The position numbers were made by a program, and so were the translations under genes. A model generated the notes under the pieces. It was not told where the DNA came from. It ran no database searches and saw nothing but the letters and a program-made list of their open reading frames with translations. This document shows positions 14,359 to 24,144 of a DNA stretch of 64,000 nucleotides, in pieces (the first letter of the stretch is position 1; every line of letters starts with the position of its first letter). Source of the DNA: Syntrophales bacterium (lineage in GTDB: Bacteria > Desulfobacterota > Syntrophia > Syntrophales > PHBD01); contig OY764159.1 in the NCBI GenBank assembly GCA_963668175.1, positions 576,001 through 640,000 of the forward strand. Direction: 5' to 3'.

Positions 14359-15461
14359 TGACTCCAACGCTTTACCTCCTGACGGGTCGAGTCGACGAAA
14401 ACGGTATCGTATTTCATCGGCTGAAAATCGTTCTTCTTGTTGCGGTCCGGAATGGCGGAATCGAGCCCGCACATTTCCGAGGAAAAAACAAACAAGCCCG
14501 GCCTGCCGCCGGCAATGCCGGGACGCAGTTTCTTGCTGTCCTGGACCATGAACATCGTTTTATCGGGAAGACATCCGATGACGCAGTTGGGGCCGTCGAT
14601 GATCAGAGGCCGGCAGCTGCGCTTCAGAAGCCGTAAATATTCGCCGTCGGCGTGGCGCTCCAATTCCTCGTCTTTCAGCGGCGTTATCAGATGTTTGTAC
14701 ATATCCAGCCCCATACCGAGATGGGTGCGGCTGTAATGGAGAATGTGGGTAAATACTTCCGAGTCCGACTGATAGCCCACGTACCCCGGATAATTGCGGG
14801 ACATGAGGTATTCGCGGATAGGGACGAAAGCGGTGTTTTCACCGTTGGTCATGGTGGCGATACCCTGGATGAAGAACGGATGGCAGGCATAGATGTTGAT
14901 GGCGTAATTGGTATTCTGCCGTCCCTGCGAGAGGACGATGCGTGCCTTCAATTCCTCGCGGTCCAACTGGAGATAATCCGCAACCATAAGAGGGTCGCCG
15001 ACTTCCTTGAGCATGATCACGTCGGGCCAGAAACTGAAGATCATCATTGAATTATCTTCCGCGCCCATCATGCGCAAGGCGAGACGGGTTGTCATCAGGC
15101 GGTATTCGCGTTCCGTCTGGGACAAGGACGCCCAATCCGACGGCCATTCATAGGCGCGTATAACATAATTGTCGCGTTGCGGCGTGCCTGAGGGTGCATC
15201 CTTCGTCGGGCGAATGGCCAGGTTGTATTTGACCTTGTAATTCTGCTTCTCCATATAACGGTCGAGTTCAACCAGGCCTTGATTGGAAAAAATGCCGGAC
15301 AGAATCGGCAATCCCTTAAAACCTTCGAAAACGCCGCCGAGATCCGAAAGAAAAAGACCTACGCCGGAACCGTCATGACCCTCTTTCATGACATTGAGGG
15401 CGTTGATGGCTACCATCGGCGAGAGCGGGTCGCTGCTCGTCATCGCGAATAATCGACACAT
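14331..15461 (-). CDS. Glutamate synthase amidotransferase subunit (Ntn, class II glutamine amidotransferase)
   Basis: N-terminal MC nucleophile, RQNTN, HPF, NGE, SDSE. Overlaps the next gene. Confidence 0.85.
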   Translation of the reverse strand: MCRLFAMTSSDPLSPMVAINALNVMKEGHDGSGVGLFLSDLGGVFEGFKGLPILSGIFSNQGLVELDRYMEKQNYKVKYNLAIRPTKDAPSGTPQRDNYVIRAYEWPSDWASLSQTEREYRLMTTRLALRMMGAEDNSMMIFSFWPDVIMLKEVGDPLMVADYLQLDREELKARIVLSQGRQNTNYAINIYACHPFFIQGIATMTNGENTAFVPIREYLMSRNYPGYVGYQSDSEVFTHILHYSRTHLGMGLDMYKHLITPLKDEELERHADGEYLRLLKRSCRPLIIDGPNCVIGCLPDKTMFMVQDSKKLRPGIAGGRPGLFVFSSEMCGLDSAIPDRNKKNDFQPMKYDTVFVDSTRQEVKRWSQWEKLPHLH

Positions 15462-15533
15462 ACGTTTGTCCTTTCTGGATGAGCCGGATACATAGATGTG
15501 CGAACCGGCACAATTTATCAGGCCCCTATTGCT

Positions 15534-15549
15534 TGCTAAAATTATGCCA
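15534..15549 (-). promoter_or_regulatory. Sigma-54 (-24/-12) promoter of the glutamate synthase operon
   Basis: Minus strand TGGCATAATTTTAGCA = GG-N10-GC, about 70 nt upstream of the ATG at 15461. Confidence 0.75.
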
Positions 15550-15612
15550 TTATTGTCACGGTGATAAACGGTCGAATAACAAGGATGTCACGGACAAGGA
15601 GTGGTACACGTG

Positions 15613-15746
15613 TTACAATATTGTTGTTGTCGGCAGTCTGTGCCTCCTTTTCCCGGGGGAAAACAAACATTTCATTAATTATTTCCTTTGCTTACATGAT
15701 TATTACAAAATCGTAGCGAGAAAAGGCTATTTTGACAAAATTGTCA
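15613..15746. promoter_or_regulatory. Three related imperfect palindromes, candidate enhancer sites
   Basis: TTACAATATTGTTG (15613), TTACAAAATCGTAG (15703), TGACAAAATTGTCA (15733). Confidence 0.5.
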
Positions 15747-15808
15747 TTTTGCGTGACTTCGGCTGATGGCCGGAGAGGAACGATTTTAGCGTCTTTCGCA
15801 GCGTCACG

Positions 15809-17401
15809 TTACGAAGATGCTTCTCTGGCGGAACCTGAGCGAAACCTTCCCGGATCAATTCCGAACTTCTTGATCTTATAATGAATAATCCTCTTGGTTG
15901 TTCCCAGTATCAGGGCGGCCTGGCTCTGATTGCCTCTCGTTTCTTTCAAGGCATCGATGATCAGCGCCCTTTCCTGTGTTTCAATAATGGTTCCGAATTT
16001 ACCCTGGTCGGGGGCTGCGGAAGAGCCGGTTCTGATCTGAAGTGAAGGCGGAAGGTGAATCATGTCGATGGCATCGCCTGTCGCCATTAAGACGGCCCTT
16101 TCGATACAGTTTTCCAATTCCCGGACATTGCCCGGCCAGGAGTAGGACAGGAAGGCTTCGGTTACGGGAAGCGATATCTTCTTCATGGGTTTGCCCAGGT
16201 CTTTGCAGAATTTCGTTACGAAATGATCCGCAAGCAGGATGACGTCGCTGCCCCGGTCTCGCAACGGAGGCAGAAAAATCGGGAACACATTGATTCGATA
16301 ATATAAATCGGCACGGAAGCGGCCGGAAACGACGTCCCGTTCCAGCACCCGGTTCGTCGCCGCAATGATACGTACGTTGACATTGACAATCCGCGACGAT
16401 CCCAAGGGTTGGAATTTCTTTTCCTGGATGACGCGAAGCAGTTTGGCCTGGGCCGCAGCGGACAACTCTCCGATTTCGTCCAGAAAAATGGTACCGCCGT
16501 GCGCTTCCTCGAAACGGCCCCGGCGCTGATGCAGAGCCCCGGTGAAGGCTCCCTTTTCATGGCCGAAAAGTTCGCTTTCGATCAGGGTATCCGGCATAGC
16601 GGCACAATTGACCTGGATGAGAGGTCCCTTATTCCGGGGGCTGTTCGTGTGAATGGCCCGGGCCACCAGTTCCTTGCCCGTTCCGGTTTCTCCATTAATA
16701 AGGACGGTTGTGTTGGAATCGGCAACCTGTGCGATCAGCCCAAAAACTTCCCGCATGACGCCGGAGTGTCCTACGATATCGATGGACGGCGATTTGGTTC
16801 GGCTGATAATGTCCCTCAGCCGCCGGTTTTCTTCTTCCAGGACGCGGAAGTGGACCGGTTTGGCGATCAACTCGGCCACGGCCGTCATGGTCGCCAGTTC
16901 GCGATCCAGGTTTTCAACTTCGTGGGTTACCTTGTCCGCGGACAAAACGCCGACGACGCGCCCTTCATAGACTATCGGAACGCTCAGGTAGGAGAGCTCC
17001 GACCGGTCCAGAAAACGGCGGGCGCCGGTCCGGTCGAGAAAGTGGGTCTCCTGGCTTAAATTGGCAATGGCCATGGGACGCCCTGTCTGGGCCACCTGGC
17101 CGGTGATGCCCTCACCCGGTTTATAAGCGATTTCCAATCCCTGAATATTGATGCCGTGAGCGATATCAAGCCAGGCTTCGCCGGTTTCCCGATCGATAAG
17201 AGCAATCATGCCCCTCTTCATACCCAGCCGGCTGCTCAATTCTTTTAGCACCCTTTCCAGGAGGTTCCGCAGTTCCTGAGGCTGGGCCAGAATCTTCGCA
17301 ATGGCGTGCAAGGCCGCCAGCTCTTCATAGTTATGGATGCTGAGAACGGAAGAGGATGCCGCCGGTTCCGTCAAGGGTTGTTCTTGTATCTCATTCATCA
17401 T
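15809..17401 (-). CDS. NifA-like sigma-54-dependent transcriptional activator (GAF + AAA+ + HTH)
   Basis: N-terminal GAF ([12 protein letters not shown]), [40 protein letters not shown], Fis-type HTH. Confidence 0.93.
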   Translation of the reverse strand: MMNEIQEQPLTEPAASSSVLSIHNYEELAALHAIAKILAQPQELRNLLERVLKELSSRLGMKRGMIALIDRETGEAWLDIAHGINIQGLEIAYKPGEGITGQVAQTGRPMAIANLSQETHFLDRTGARRFLDRSELSYLSVPIVYEGRVVGVLSADKVTHEVENLDRELATMTAVAELIAKPVHFRVLEEENRRLRDIISRTKSPSIDIVGHSGVMREVFGLIAQVADSNTTVLINGETGTGKELVARAIHTNSPRNKGPLIQVNCAAMPDTLIESELFGHEKGAFTGALHQRRGRFEEAHGGTIFLDEIGELSAAAQAKLLRVIQEKKFQPLGSSRIVNVNVRIIAATNRVLERDVVSGRFRADLYYRINVFPIFLPPLRDRGSDVILLADHFVTKFCKDLGKPMKKISLPVTEAFLSYSWPGNVRELENCIERAVLMATGDAIDMIHLPPSLQIRTGSSAAPDQGKFGTIIETQERALIIDALKETRGNQSQAALILGTTKRIIHYKIKKFGIDPGRFRSGSAREASS

Positions 17402-17517
17402 TCTGTCACGTATTCAATGGTATCATCATGGAAGCATTGCGGATTGTATTTCAGAAAGGGCTCCGCAAGTTCCGATCCGCCGACCTTCGTCGCTTTACTG
17501 AACATCCCCTGATGTAC

Positions 17518-17533
17518 TGCAAATAGTATTCCA
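17518..17533 (-). promoter_or_regulatory. Candidate sigma-54 promoter of the activator gene
   Basis: Minus strand TGGAATACTATTTGCA = GG-N10-GC with TTGC. Confidence 0.5.
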
Positions 17534-17760
17534 CCCACAAGCCATGGCGCTTTTGCACCATTGAACAATCAATTTCTATCATGGGCCGCGTAGATGTAAA
17601 TGCCGGACGCATCACATTTCCCTTGTACGACAAACCATAATAGGTCCAATGCAGCCTCTTTTTAAACCGATTACAGGGCATCTCCGCCGATTGGGTAACG
17701 GATAACGGGAGCGGCTTCTGCGTCGCCCCATCCCGTATGTTCCGCAAGGCAACAGGACGT

Positions 17761-18591
17761 TCACCTTTGGAGAAGGACAGGGATAGGACTGTTTCGAATG
17801 ATGTGATTGGTTGTGCTGCCCAATAGCCATTCGCGGAGCCTGTTGTGCCCGTAAGCGCCCATGACCATGAGTTCGACGGAACCTTCTTTAATGAACCGCA
17901 GCAGAGTACGGTCTTCAGCACCGCCGAGAATGATCATGTCACTGTCTATGGTATAGGGAGATAAAACATCCTCGGCCTGACGGGAGAGTTCCGCCCCAAC
18001 AGCCTGATCGTCGGTGATCATGACGACCGACAAGGGCCAGACGGTCTTTTCGGAAAGCTCTGCTGCAACTTTCAAGGCATTGGTCGCAGGCGGGCTGCCG
18101 TCATAGGCGCATGCCATGCTTTCAATATCACAATACTTCTGAGGCGTTACCAAGACAGGACGCCCTGATTTCCGCAGAATGGACTCGGCGGTGGAGCCGA
18201 TCCCGCCCAGGTGAAGGTGTTCGCCTCTCTGCGCCAGGAGTATCCAATCGGCCGTTTGCGCCTCCTGAATGATAGAATCATCAATGATACCATGCGCTTT
18301 GATTGCTTCATGGGCCACTCCCGCCTTTTCGCATTGCTGCGTGAAATCGTTCATGATGGCGTCGGCCCTGTTTTCCAGGCCGCTCGCTTCGACAGGAAGA
18401 AATTCCGGGTAGGGCGGAATACCGACGGACCCGGAAACGTCGCACAACAAGGGCGGCTGCAACAGCCTGATGTCTACGACATGAAGGCAGGTGAGTTTGG
18501 CATCGAGTTTGCGCGCAATATAGATCCCGTATTCAACGGAGGTCTTGGCATAACTGGATCCATCGGACGGGATCAAAATATGATGAATCAT
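17761..18591 (-). CDS. Universal stress protein (two USP domains)
   Basis: ILIPSDGS, AYDGS, VMGAYGHNRLREWLLGSTT, PVLL. Confidence 0.92.
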   Translation of the reverse strand: MIHHILIPSDGSSYAKTSVEYGIYIARKLDAKLTCLHVVDIRLLQPPLLCDVSGSVGIPPYPEFLPVEASGLENRADAIMNDFTQQCEKAGVAHEAIKAHGIIDDSIIQEAQTADWILLAQRGEHLHLGGIGSTAESILRKSGRPVLVTPQKYCDIESMACAYDGSPPATNALKVAAELSEKTVWPLSVVMITDDQAVGAELSRQAEDVLSPYTIDSDMIILGGAEDRTLLRFIKEGSVELMVMGAYGHNRLREWLLGSTTNHIIRNSPIPVLLQR

Positions 18592-19286
18592 TATGAGCCT
18601 TTATTTTCATTTTTCTCATAATTGGTAAGATTCCTGAGCAGATCTTCAACCCTCTTTTCCTTGTCTTCCAGATCTTCGGCAGATTCATACGGTTCGGCGC
18701 CATTATCCCATGACGGGATTTTCAATGCAATGCCCTGTTCGTCGAAGGACTGGAATGAGCCTTCCAGTTTTCCATTCCGGTACAAAGCCTTCTCCTTGAT
18801 CCGGCCGGATCGGTAGTACGCCACGTATTCCCCGTCCCTCTTTTCGTTGACGAAAGCCCCCATTTCCTTGAGCTGGCCTGTCTTGTAATACGAGACATAC
18901 GGGCCGTCGAATTTGCCGTCAACGAAATTTTCCTCATCCTTCAATTGGCCGTTCCTGAAATACAGTCTATAGACGCCGTGGAGCTTGCCTTCTTTATAGG
19001 ATTCTATTTCACGGACCTGACCGTCCTCATAATAGTTGGAATATTCCCCATCGAGCCGGTCATTTTTGAAAGTTCCCCGTTCTCTGACCTGCCCGTCACG
19101 GTAATAAGAGGCGGCTTCGCCCTCTTTCAGCCCGTTTTGAAAATGAAGGTGCGCCATGATCTGGCCGTTGGCGAAATAAGAAGTATACTCGCCGTCCAGG
19201 ACCTTGCCCCGAAAATGTTTCCGTTCATGGACATGACCGTGTTCGTCGTATGAGATATCCTCTCTTCGCGCTTCATTGGCCGCCAT
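18591..19286 (-). CDS. MORN-variant repeat protein (YwqK-like)
   Basis: About seven 24-aa repeats GxYxxYYxxGQ(L/V)xExxxFxxG. ATG 19286 follows GAGGT. TAATG overlap with the USP gene. Confidence 0.8.
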   Translation of the reverse strand: MAANEARREDISYDEHGHVHERKHFRGKVLDGEYTSYFANGQIMAHLHFQNGLKEGEAASYYRDGQVRERGTFKNDRLDGEYSNYYEDGQVREIESYKEGKLHGVYRLYFRNGQLKDEENFVDGKFDGPYVSYYKTGQLKEMGAFVNEKRDGEYVAYYRSGRIKEKALYRNGKLEGSFQSFDEQGIALKIPSWDNGAEPYESAEDLEDKEKRVEDLLRNLTNYEKNENKGS

Positions 19287-19511
19287 ATCGGTTACCTCGC
19301 TCTGTAAGTACGTTTTCCTGAAGGCTGAAGGGAGTGATCCGTGCACTCGCTGTTCCGACGCTTACCGGATAAGGTCCCGAAAGAATCATGCGTCCGTTTA
19401 CGGCGAACCCTTCGAACCTCATGGTTTCCGCCGGGTGTGACGGGACCTATTTCCTCATGAAGCCATGTTGCCTTTCAAGACGAAGACGGTGGGCAACAAA
19501 CGCAGCGGTTC

Positions 19512-20093
19512 CTAAAACACGAAAACAGCAGCTGCGATGACGGTCGTATATCCGTGATGTTTAACGATACTGGACTGCGTAATATTACGGGTGCTGACGA
19601 TCTTGCCGCTGATCTTGAAAATCTCTTTCTTTTCGTCCCAGCTTTCGTCGACGTTGAAATCGATACCGAGGGTGGACGCCAGCATAGCGGCCGCGAGGTC
19701 CTCCGCATAATCCCCGGCCTGCCTTTCCGTTTGGCCGAAGGCGTGATGCTCGCTGATATAACCGTATGCGTTCTTATCTGCAGGGATGGCGCAGCCGACC
19801 GAAGCAGCCAGAAGTCTTCTCGGCTCGTTGCTGCAGCAGCGGCTCATGACACAAAAGGTTATGGCACCGGGTTGCATCAGTTGGAGCCCCTGTTGTTTGG
19901 AGATCACTTTGCATCCCGGAGGAAATATGCTGGAGACCTGGACCAGATTACACTTTTCGATACCGGCATCCCGGAGAGCCAATTCAAAAGAGTGGAGTTC
20001 CTCCCGATGCGTGCCTACGCCCTTCGTGAAAAATAGCCTGCTGGGAACATAGGCATCGAGTCTCCCTACACCTTTCCATTGTGAAGTTGTCAT
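19512..20093 (-). CDS. pdaD: Pyruvoyl-dependent arginine decarboxylase
   Basis: [21 protein letters not shown] (Ser-Ser self-cleavage site), GYISEHH. GGAGG RBS. Adjacent to agmatinase. Confidence 0.9.
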   Translation of the reverse strand: MTTSQWKGVGRLDAYVPSRLFFTKGVGTHREELHSFELALRDAGIEKCNLVQVSSIFPPGCKVISKQQGLQLMQPGAITFCVMSRCCSNEPRRLLAASVGCAIPADKNAYGYISEHHAFGQTERQAGDYAEDLAAAMLASTLGIDFNVDESWDEKKEIFKISGKIVSTRNITQSSIVKHHGYTTVIAAAVFVF

Positions 20094-20126
20094 TCAATAT
20101 CCTCCATCCGCTTATTTTGTATATGA

Positions 20127-20981
20127 TTAAGGAGTCAGATACCCCATAATGCGATAGATCAACTTGGCCGCCAGAAAGTCGGGAGCGACAAGTCCCGGGA
20201 TCGGGGCCAGTTCGACGACATCGAAGCCTCGAACGCGGCAGTTGCCGGCAACGGCTTGAATAATGTCCAGCAATTGCCGCCAGGATAAACCGTCAGGCTC
20301 GGGTGTACCTGTTGCCGGCATGTAGGCGGGATCAAGGACGTCCAGATCGATGGTTATATAGATATCGCCGCGCAGGCATTCGCAAATCCGCTTCAGCCAA
20401 TCGGCATTCTTGAACATATTGTGGGCGAAGAAGGTCTTGACGGATGACTGTTTCATAAAGTCCGCTTCATCTGTGCTCAGACTCCTGATGCCTACCTGCA
20501 CAAGCGGACATAGTTCCGCTATGCGACGGCCTGCACAAGCGTGGCTGTATGGACTGCCCTGATAGGAATCCCGCAGATCGGCATGGGCGTCGAAATGGAG
20601 GACGGAAAGCTCCGGATAACGTTCCCGTGCGGCCTCGACGGCCCCCGGCGACAGGCTGTGTTCTCCTCCCAGCATTACGGGTATTTTATTTAACTCCACG
20701 ATCTCACGAATCTTCTCCCGGACCGCACGGACCATGGCTTCCGGTCCACTGGCCTTCGCTTCCAGGAAATCGGCCGTGTGAATGCCGGAACGGAAGGTCT
20801 CTTTCCCCAATTCCTCATCGTAGAGTTCCATGTTGCCGGACGCTTCCAGGATGGCGGCCGGACCCCGCCGGGCTCCGGGTTGGTATGTCGATGTCAGGTC
20901 GTAGGGAACAGGAACAACGACAAACGCAGCGTTGTCCAGCGATTCATATTGAGGTGCCAACCCGCCAAAATTCATAGCCAT
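20127..20981 (-). CDS. speB: Agmatinase
   Basis: GGEHS, DAHADLRD, SHAC, DLDVLDP, TGTPEP, DVVELAP. Start uncertain between 20975 and 21005. Confidence 0.9.
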   Translation of the reverse strand: MAMNFGGLAPQYESLDNAAFVVVPVPYDLTSTYQPGARRGPAAILEASGNMELYDEELGKETFRSGIHTADFLEAKASGPEAMVRAVREKIREIVELNKIPVMLGGEHSLSPGAVEAARERYPELSVLHFDAHADLRDSYQGSPYSHACAGRRIAELCPLVQVGIRSLSTDEADFMKQSSVKTFFAHNMFKNADWLKRICECLRGDIYITIDLDVLDPAYMPATGTPEPDGLSWRQLLDIIQAVAGNCRVRGFDVVELAPIPGLVAPDFLAAKLIYRIMGYLTP

Positions 20982-21066
20982 ATCCATCCTATCATTAGTC
21001 GACAAATACCATACGGTATGGGATATGTCGAGATTTTCTCAAGCATTAGCCAAAACCTCCGCGCAT

Positions 21067-21831
21067 TTAGACATCCGGGCGGTAATATTTAAGGTCGAAC
21101 CGGCCGTCTTCGTAACAGAGGTATGAATAGTAGCTGATCCAGTCCCCCAGGGCCGCAAAAGTCTTGCGGCGTCCGCCCATGACGATATCGTTCTTAAGGA
21201 AGGGCTTATGGGCATGTCCAAGAATAACGGCGTCATAACCCTCCTCGAATTTTTTCATGGCGAAGACCAGCATCTTTTCCTTAATGGCTTCTTCTTGACC
21301 GGGGGACATATTCCTGCTGATGGTCGAGCTGATCCGGGCCATTTCCCAAAGAACCGGAGCCGGGATAAATTGCTGCAACGTAGAGGCAAAACGGCTCCGC
21401 AGAAAATTACGGAGCATCATGTGCCCTGTGTTGGACTGATCGACCGTATCGCCGTGGGACACAAGAAAGCGGAGTCCGTCCACATGAAAATCTCCCCATT
21501 CTTCAATGACTTCCATCCCCAGCTTCTTTGAGAAATACCTTTCCAGGAAAAAGTCATGATTGCCTTCAAAAAACGTAATGTGCACGCCTCGCTTTTTTAG
21601 AGCAGTCAGGGCGTCGAGCACAGGAAGATAATCGGGATACACCCTGTCGTCTTTGCAGAACCAGAAGTCGAAAATATCTCCCACGAGAAAGAGGTTGTCG
21701 GCATCGGTGGTTTGCGCGGACAGGTGCTTCCCATCTGGGCAGCCGAGACGATTCAGAAAATGCAGGAGCACGTGATACGACTTGTCCCGGTTGCTTCTCA
21801 AATGCGCATCGGATAAAAAAATGGCCTTCAT
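21067..21831 (-). CDS. lpxH: UDP-2,3-diacylglucosamine diphosphatase
   Basis: SDAHL, GDIFDFW, GNHDF, HGD, GHAH, LGDW. Confidence 0.8.
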   Translation of the reverse strand: MKAIFLSDAHLRSNRDKSYHVLLHFLNRLGCPDGKHLSAQTTDADNLFLVGDIFDFWFCKDDRVYPDYLPVLDALTALKKRGVHITFFEGNHDFFLERYFSKKLGMEVIEEWGDFHVDGLRFLVSHGDTVDQSNTGHMMLRNFLRSRFASTLQQFIPAPVLWEMARISSTISRNMSPGQEEAIKEKMLVFAMKKFEEGYDAVILGHAHKPFLKNDIVMGGRRKTFAALGDWISYYSYLCYEDGRFDLKYYRPDV

Positions 21832-21967
21832 GGGAGGTATGTCTTCCCCGTTTTCGTATGGCAATATCCCGTAAAACGAACTTATCTAGCATAATTGCCC
21901 ACCGAGAAAAAGTATTAATTTTATCGTTCAATCCTCTACCTTATTCAAAGACTTACCCGGAAAAGCG

Positions 21968-21996
21968 TTGACAATCACCGCCGTGTTCCGTAAGAA
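21968..21996 (+). promoter_or_regulatory. Sigma-70-type promoter candidate
   Basis: TTGACA-17 nt-TAAGAA upstream of the gene at 22042. Confidence 0.5.
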
Positions 21997-22041
21997 GAGA
22001 ATGCACGTTTAAAAACTTTAAGGAAACGAAAAAGCCGTCCA

Positions 22042-22719
22042 TTGAAAGGTACTTTTGTAAATACCGGAGCCATTCTTGTGGGCAGCCTTGTCGGGATTTT
22101 GGCGGGCAAACGTCTGCCGGACCGGCTGAAGACGCTGCTGATGCAGGCGTTGGGGCTGGCCGTCCTCCTCATTGGCCTGCAGATGGCGCTCTCCGGCGGT
22201 GAAACCCTGGTGACGGTCGGCTGTCTCCTGCTTGGCGCCATTACGGGTGAGTTGATCCGGATCGAGCAGGGCACCGAACGTCTCGGTGCATGGCTCAAGA
22301 GACGGTTTCAATCCGATTCGGCCACCTTCGTCGAAGGCTTCGTCTCCGCATCCATTCTATATGTGACGGGCGCCATGATGATTGTCGGATCGATACAGGA
22401 TGGAACGACCGGGGACGCGCGTATCCTGTACATCAAATCGTTGCTGGACGGCGTCGGTTCCATTGCCTTTGCCTCAACTCTCGGGATCGGGGTGGCGTTT
22501 TCGGCCTTGTCCGTGTTCGTCGTGCAGGGAAGCATCACCCTGCTGGCCTCTAAACTCCTCTTTCTGCAAAATCCTGTGGTGCTCGGAGCCATCACGGCCA
22601 CCGGCGGCCTGCTGATTGTCGGCATTGGCCTGAATATACTCGGCGTAACCCGGATCAGGATCGGAAATCTTTTGCCCGCCCTGGTGTACGCTATTATCTG
22701 GGCTGTCGTTTTCCGGTAG
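22042..22719 (+). CDS. DUF554 family membrane protein
   Basis: GTFVNTGAILVGS, EGFVSASILY..GAM.IVGSIQDG, KSLLDG, NLLPAL. Hydrophobic. TTG start. Confidence 0.85.
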   Translation: MKGTFVNTGAILVGSLVGILAGKRLPDRLKTLLMQALGLAVLLIGLQMALSGGETLVTVGCLLLGAITGELIRIEQGTERLGAWLKRRFQSDSATFVEGFVSASILYVTGAMMIVGSIQDGTTGDARILYIKSLLDGVGSIAFASTLGIGVAFSALSVFVVQGSITLLASKLLFLQNPVVLGAITATGGLLIVGIGLNILGVTRIRIGNLLPALVYAIIWAVVFR

Positions 22720-22770
22720 CGTTACTTATGCCGGACGAAAAAGCTATTTTAAGGAAAGGAGCAGCGCATC

Positions 22771-23580
22771 GTGGGAACCTATCCGTTTTTTGAGGTCGAA
22801 AAGAAGCCGGACATAAAGACGGCGATTCTTTATCTCAATCGTCCCGACAAGTTGAATGCCTTAAACTGGCCCTTCTGGGCGGATTTGCCCAACGTTGTGG
22901 CCGACCTGGAAGCCGATCCCGAGGTTCGGGCCGTGGTTGTCGCCGGCCGGGGAAAGTCTTTCACCGTCGGGATCGACGTTTTCGAATTCTTTATGCAATA
23001 CCAGGATGTCCTGACGGGCGCCACACCTGAACGCCGCGAGGAGATGTATGAACTGCTGCTGAAGATGCAGGAAGGGTTCAACCGGATGGCGAACGGAAAC
23101 AAGATCTACATTGCCGCCATGCACCGGCATTGCATCGGTGCGGGCCTCGATCTGGCCGCCGCCTGCGATCTGCGGCTGGCGTCGCAGGATGCCGTCTTCT
23201 CCCTGCGGGAGACCAAGATCGCCATCGTCGCCGACATGGGGAGCCTCAATCGCCTTCCGAAAATTATCGGGCAGGGCCATACCCGGATGTTGGCCTTGAC
23301 CGGCCGGGATATATCGGCGGCAGAGGCGCTTCGTATCGGACTGGTCAACGAGCTGTACGAAGATGCGACGGCCTTGATGGCGGGGGCTTTGGGCTTAGCC
23401 GAGGAGATAACCGCCAATGCCGAGCCCGCCGTCCGCGGGACGAAACAGATTCTGAGATATATGGAAGACCACAGCGAGACGGACGGCCTCAAGTATGTGG
23501 CCACGTGGAACTCGGCCTTTTTGAATACGAGGGAGATCCAGGATGCCGTCGGGCGTCTCTTGAGCAAGCCGAAAAAGTGA
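22771..23580 (+). CDS. Enoyl-CoA hydratase/isomerase family protein (dienoyl-CoA isomerase-like)
   Basis: LNRPDKLNAL, FTVGID, CIGAGLDLAAACDLR, ETKIAIVADMGSL. AGGAG RBS. Confidence 0.87.
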   Translation: MGTYPFFEVEKKPDIKTAILYLNRPDKLNALNWPFWADLPNVVADLEADPEVRAVVVAGRGKSFTVGIDVFEFFMQYQDVLTGATPERREEMYELLLKMQEGFNRMANGNKIYIAAMHRHCIGAGLDLAAACDLRLASQDAVFSLRETKIAIVADMGSLNRLPKIIGQGHTRMLALTGRDISAAEALRIGLVNELYEDATALMAGALGLAEEITANAEPAVRGTKQILRYMEDHSETDGLKYVATWNSAFLNTREIQDAVGRLLSKPKK

Positions 23581-23655
23581 GGATGTGCACCGGCATGCCG
23601 CTTCCTTGCCCTGGGTTGGTGCGGAAGCGCGGGCGGACGGCTGGGACGGGGGATC

Positions 23656-24144
23656 TCAGAGTATCAGTTCAAATTCCTGCTCGACGACAGTCTTGCCCCA
23701 ATGATTATCCACCTGTTCGCGGCAGAGCCTGAAGCCGGCCTTTTCATAAAGGCGGCGGGCCTGGTCCAGACCGGCGAAGGTCGTGAGATAGATACGTCGG
23801 CAGGACGCCTGTCTACAGAAATGAACGGCTTGTGCAATCAAGCCTTCGCCCAGTCCCCGACGCTGAAATGCCGGGGCTACGATAAACCAGCGCAAGCGGG
23901 CCTCCCGCTCAGCCTCCCGGGTGCCGACCACGGCAATGGACCCGGCGAAGCGGTTGGATGCCGTTGCATACCAGAAACCGTCCCTCGTTGCGTCGAAATT
24001 CAACAGGAAGTCGGACAACTCGGTGGCAACCTTGGCTTCAAAGAAGAGATCCAGGCCCCAATGTTGATGGTAGTAGGTTGCGTGAAGCTCGGCGATCTTG
24101 CCGATGATGCCGGGGGTGTACCCCGCCTGAATCCTGATCTTCAT
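23656..24144 (-). CDS. GNAT family N-acetyltransferase
   Basis: LRWFIV.P.FQRRGLG and ARRLYEKAGF motifs. Confidence 0.85.
   Translation of the reverse strand: MKIRIQAGYTPGIIGKIAELHATYYHQHWGLDLFFEAKVATELSDFLLNFDATRDGFWYATASNRFAGSIAVVGTREAEREARLRWFIVAPAFQRRGLGEGLIAQAVHFCRQASCRRIYLTTFAGLDQARRLYEKAGFRLCREQVDNHWGKTVVEQEFELIL

Noticed and set aside
15479..15766. 95-aa ORF between the activator and the glutamate synthase operon
   Set aside because: Lies over the AT-rich promoter/enhancer region with atypical codon use.
15809..17401. Calling the activator nifA or inferring nitrogen fixation
   Set aside because: Domain architecture alone is not specific and no nif genes are in the window.
19410..19420. 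GGTTCGAA T-loop-like word on the minus strand suggesting a tRNA
   Set aside because: No T-stem pairing, D-arm or anticodon arm.
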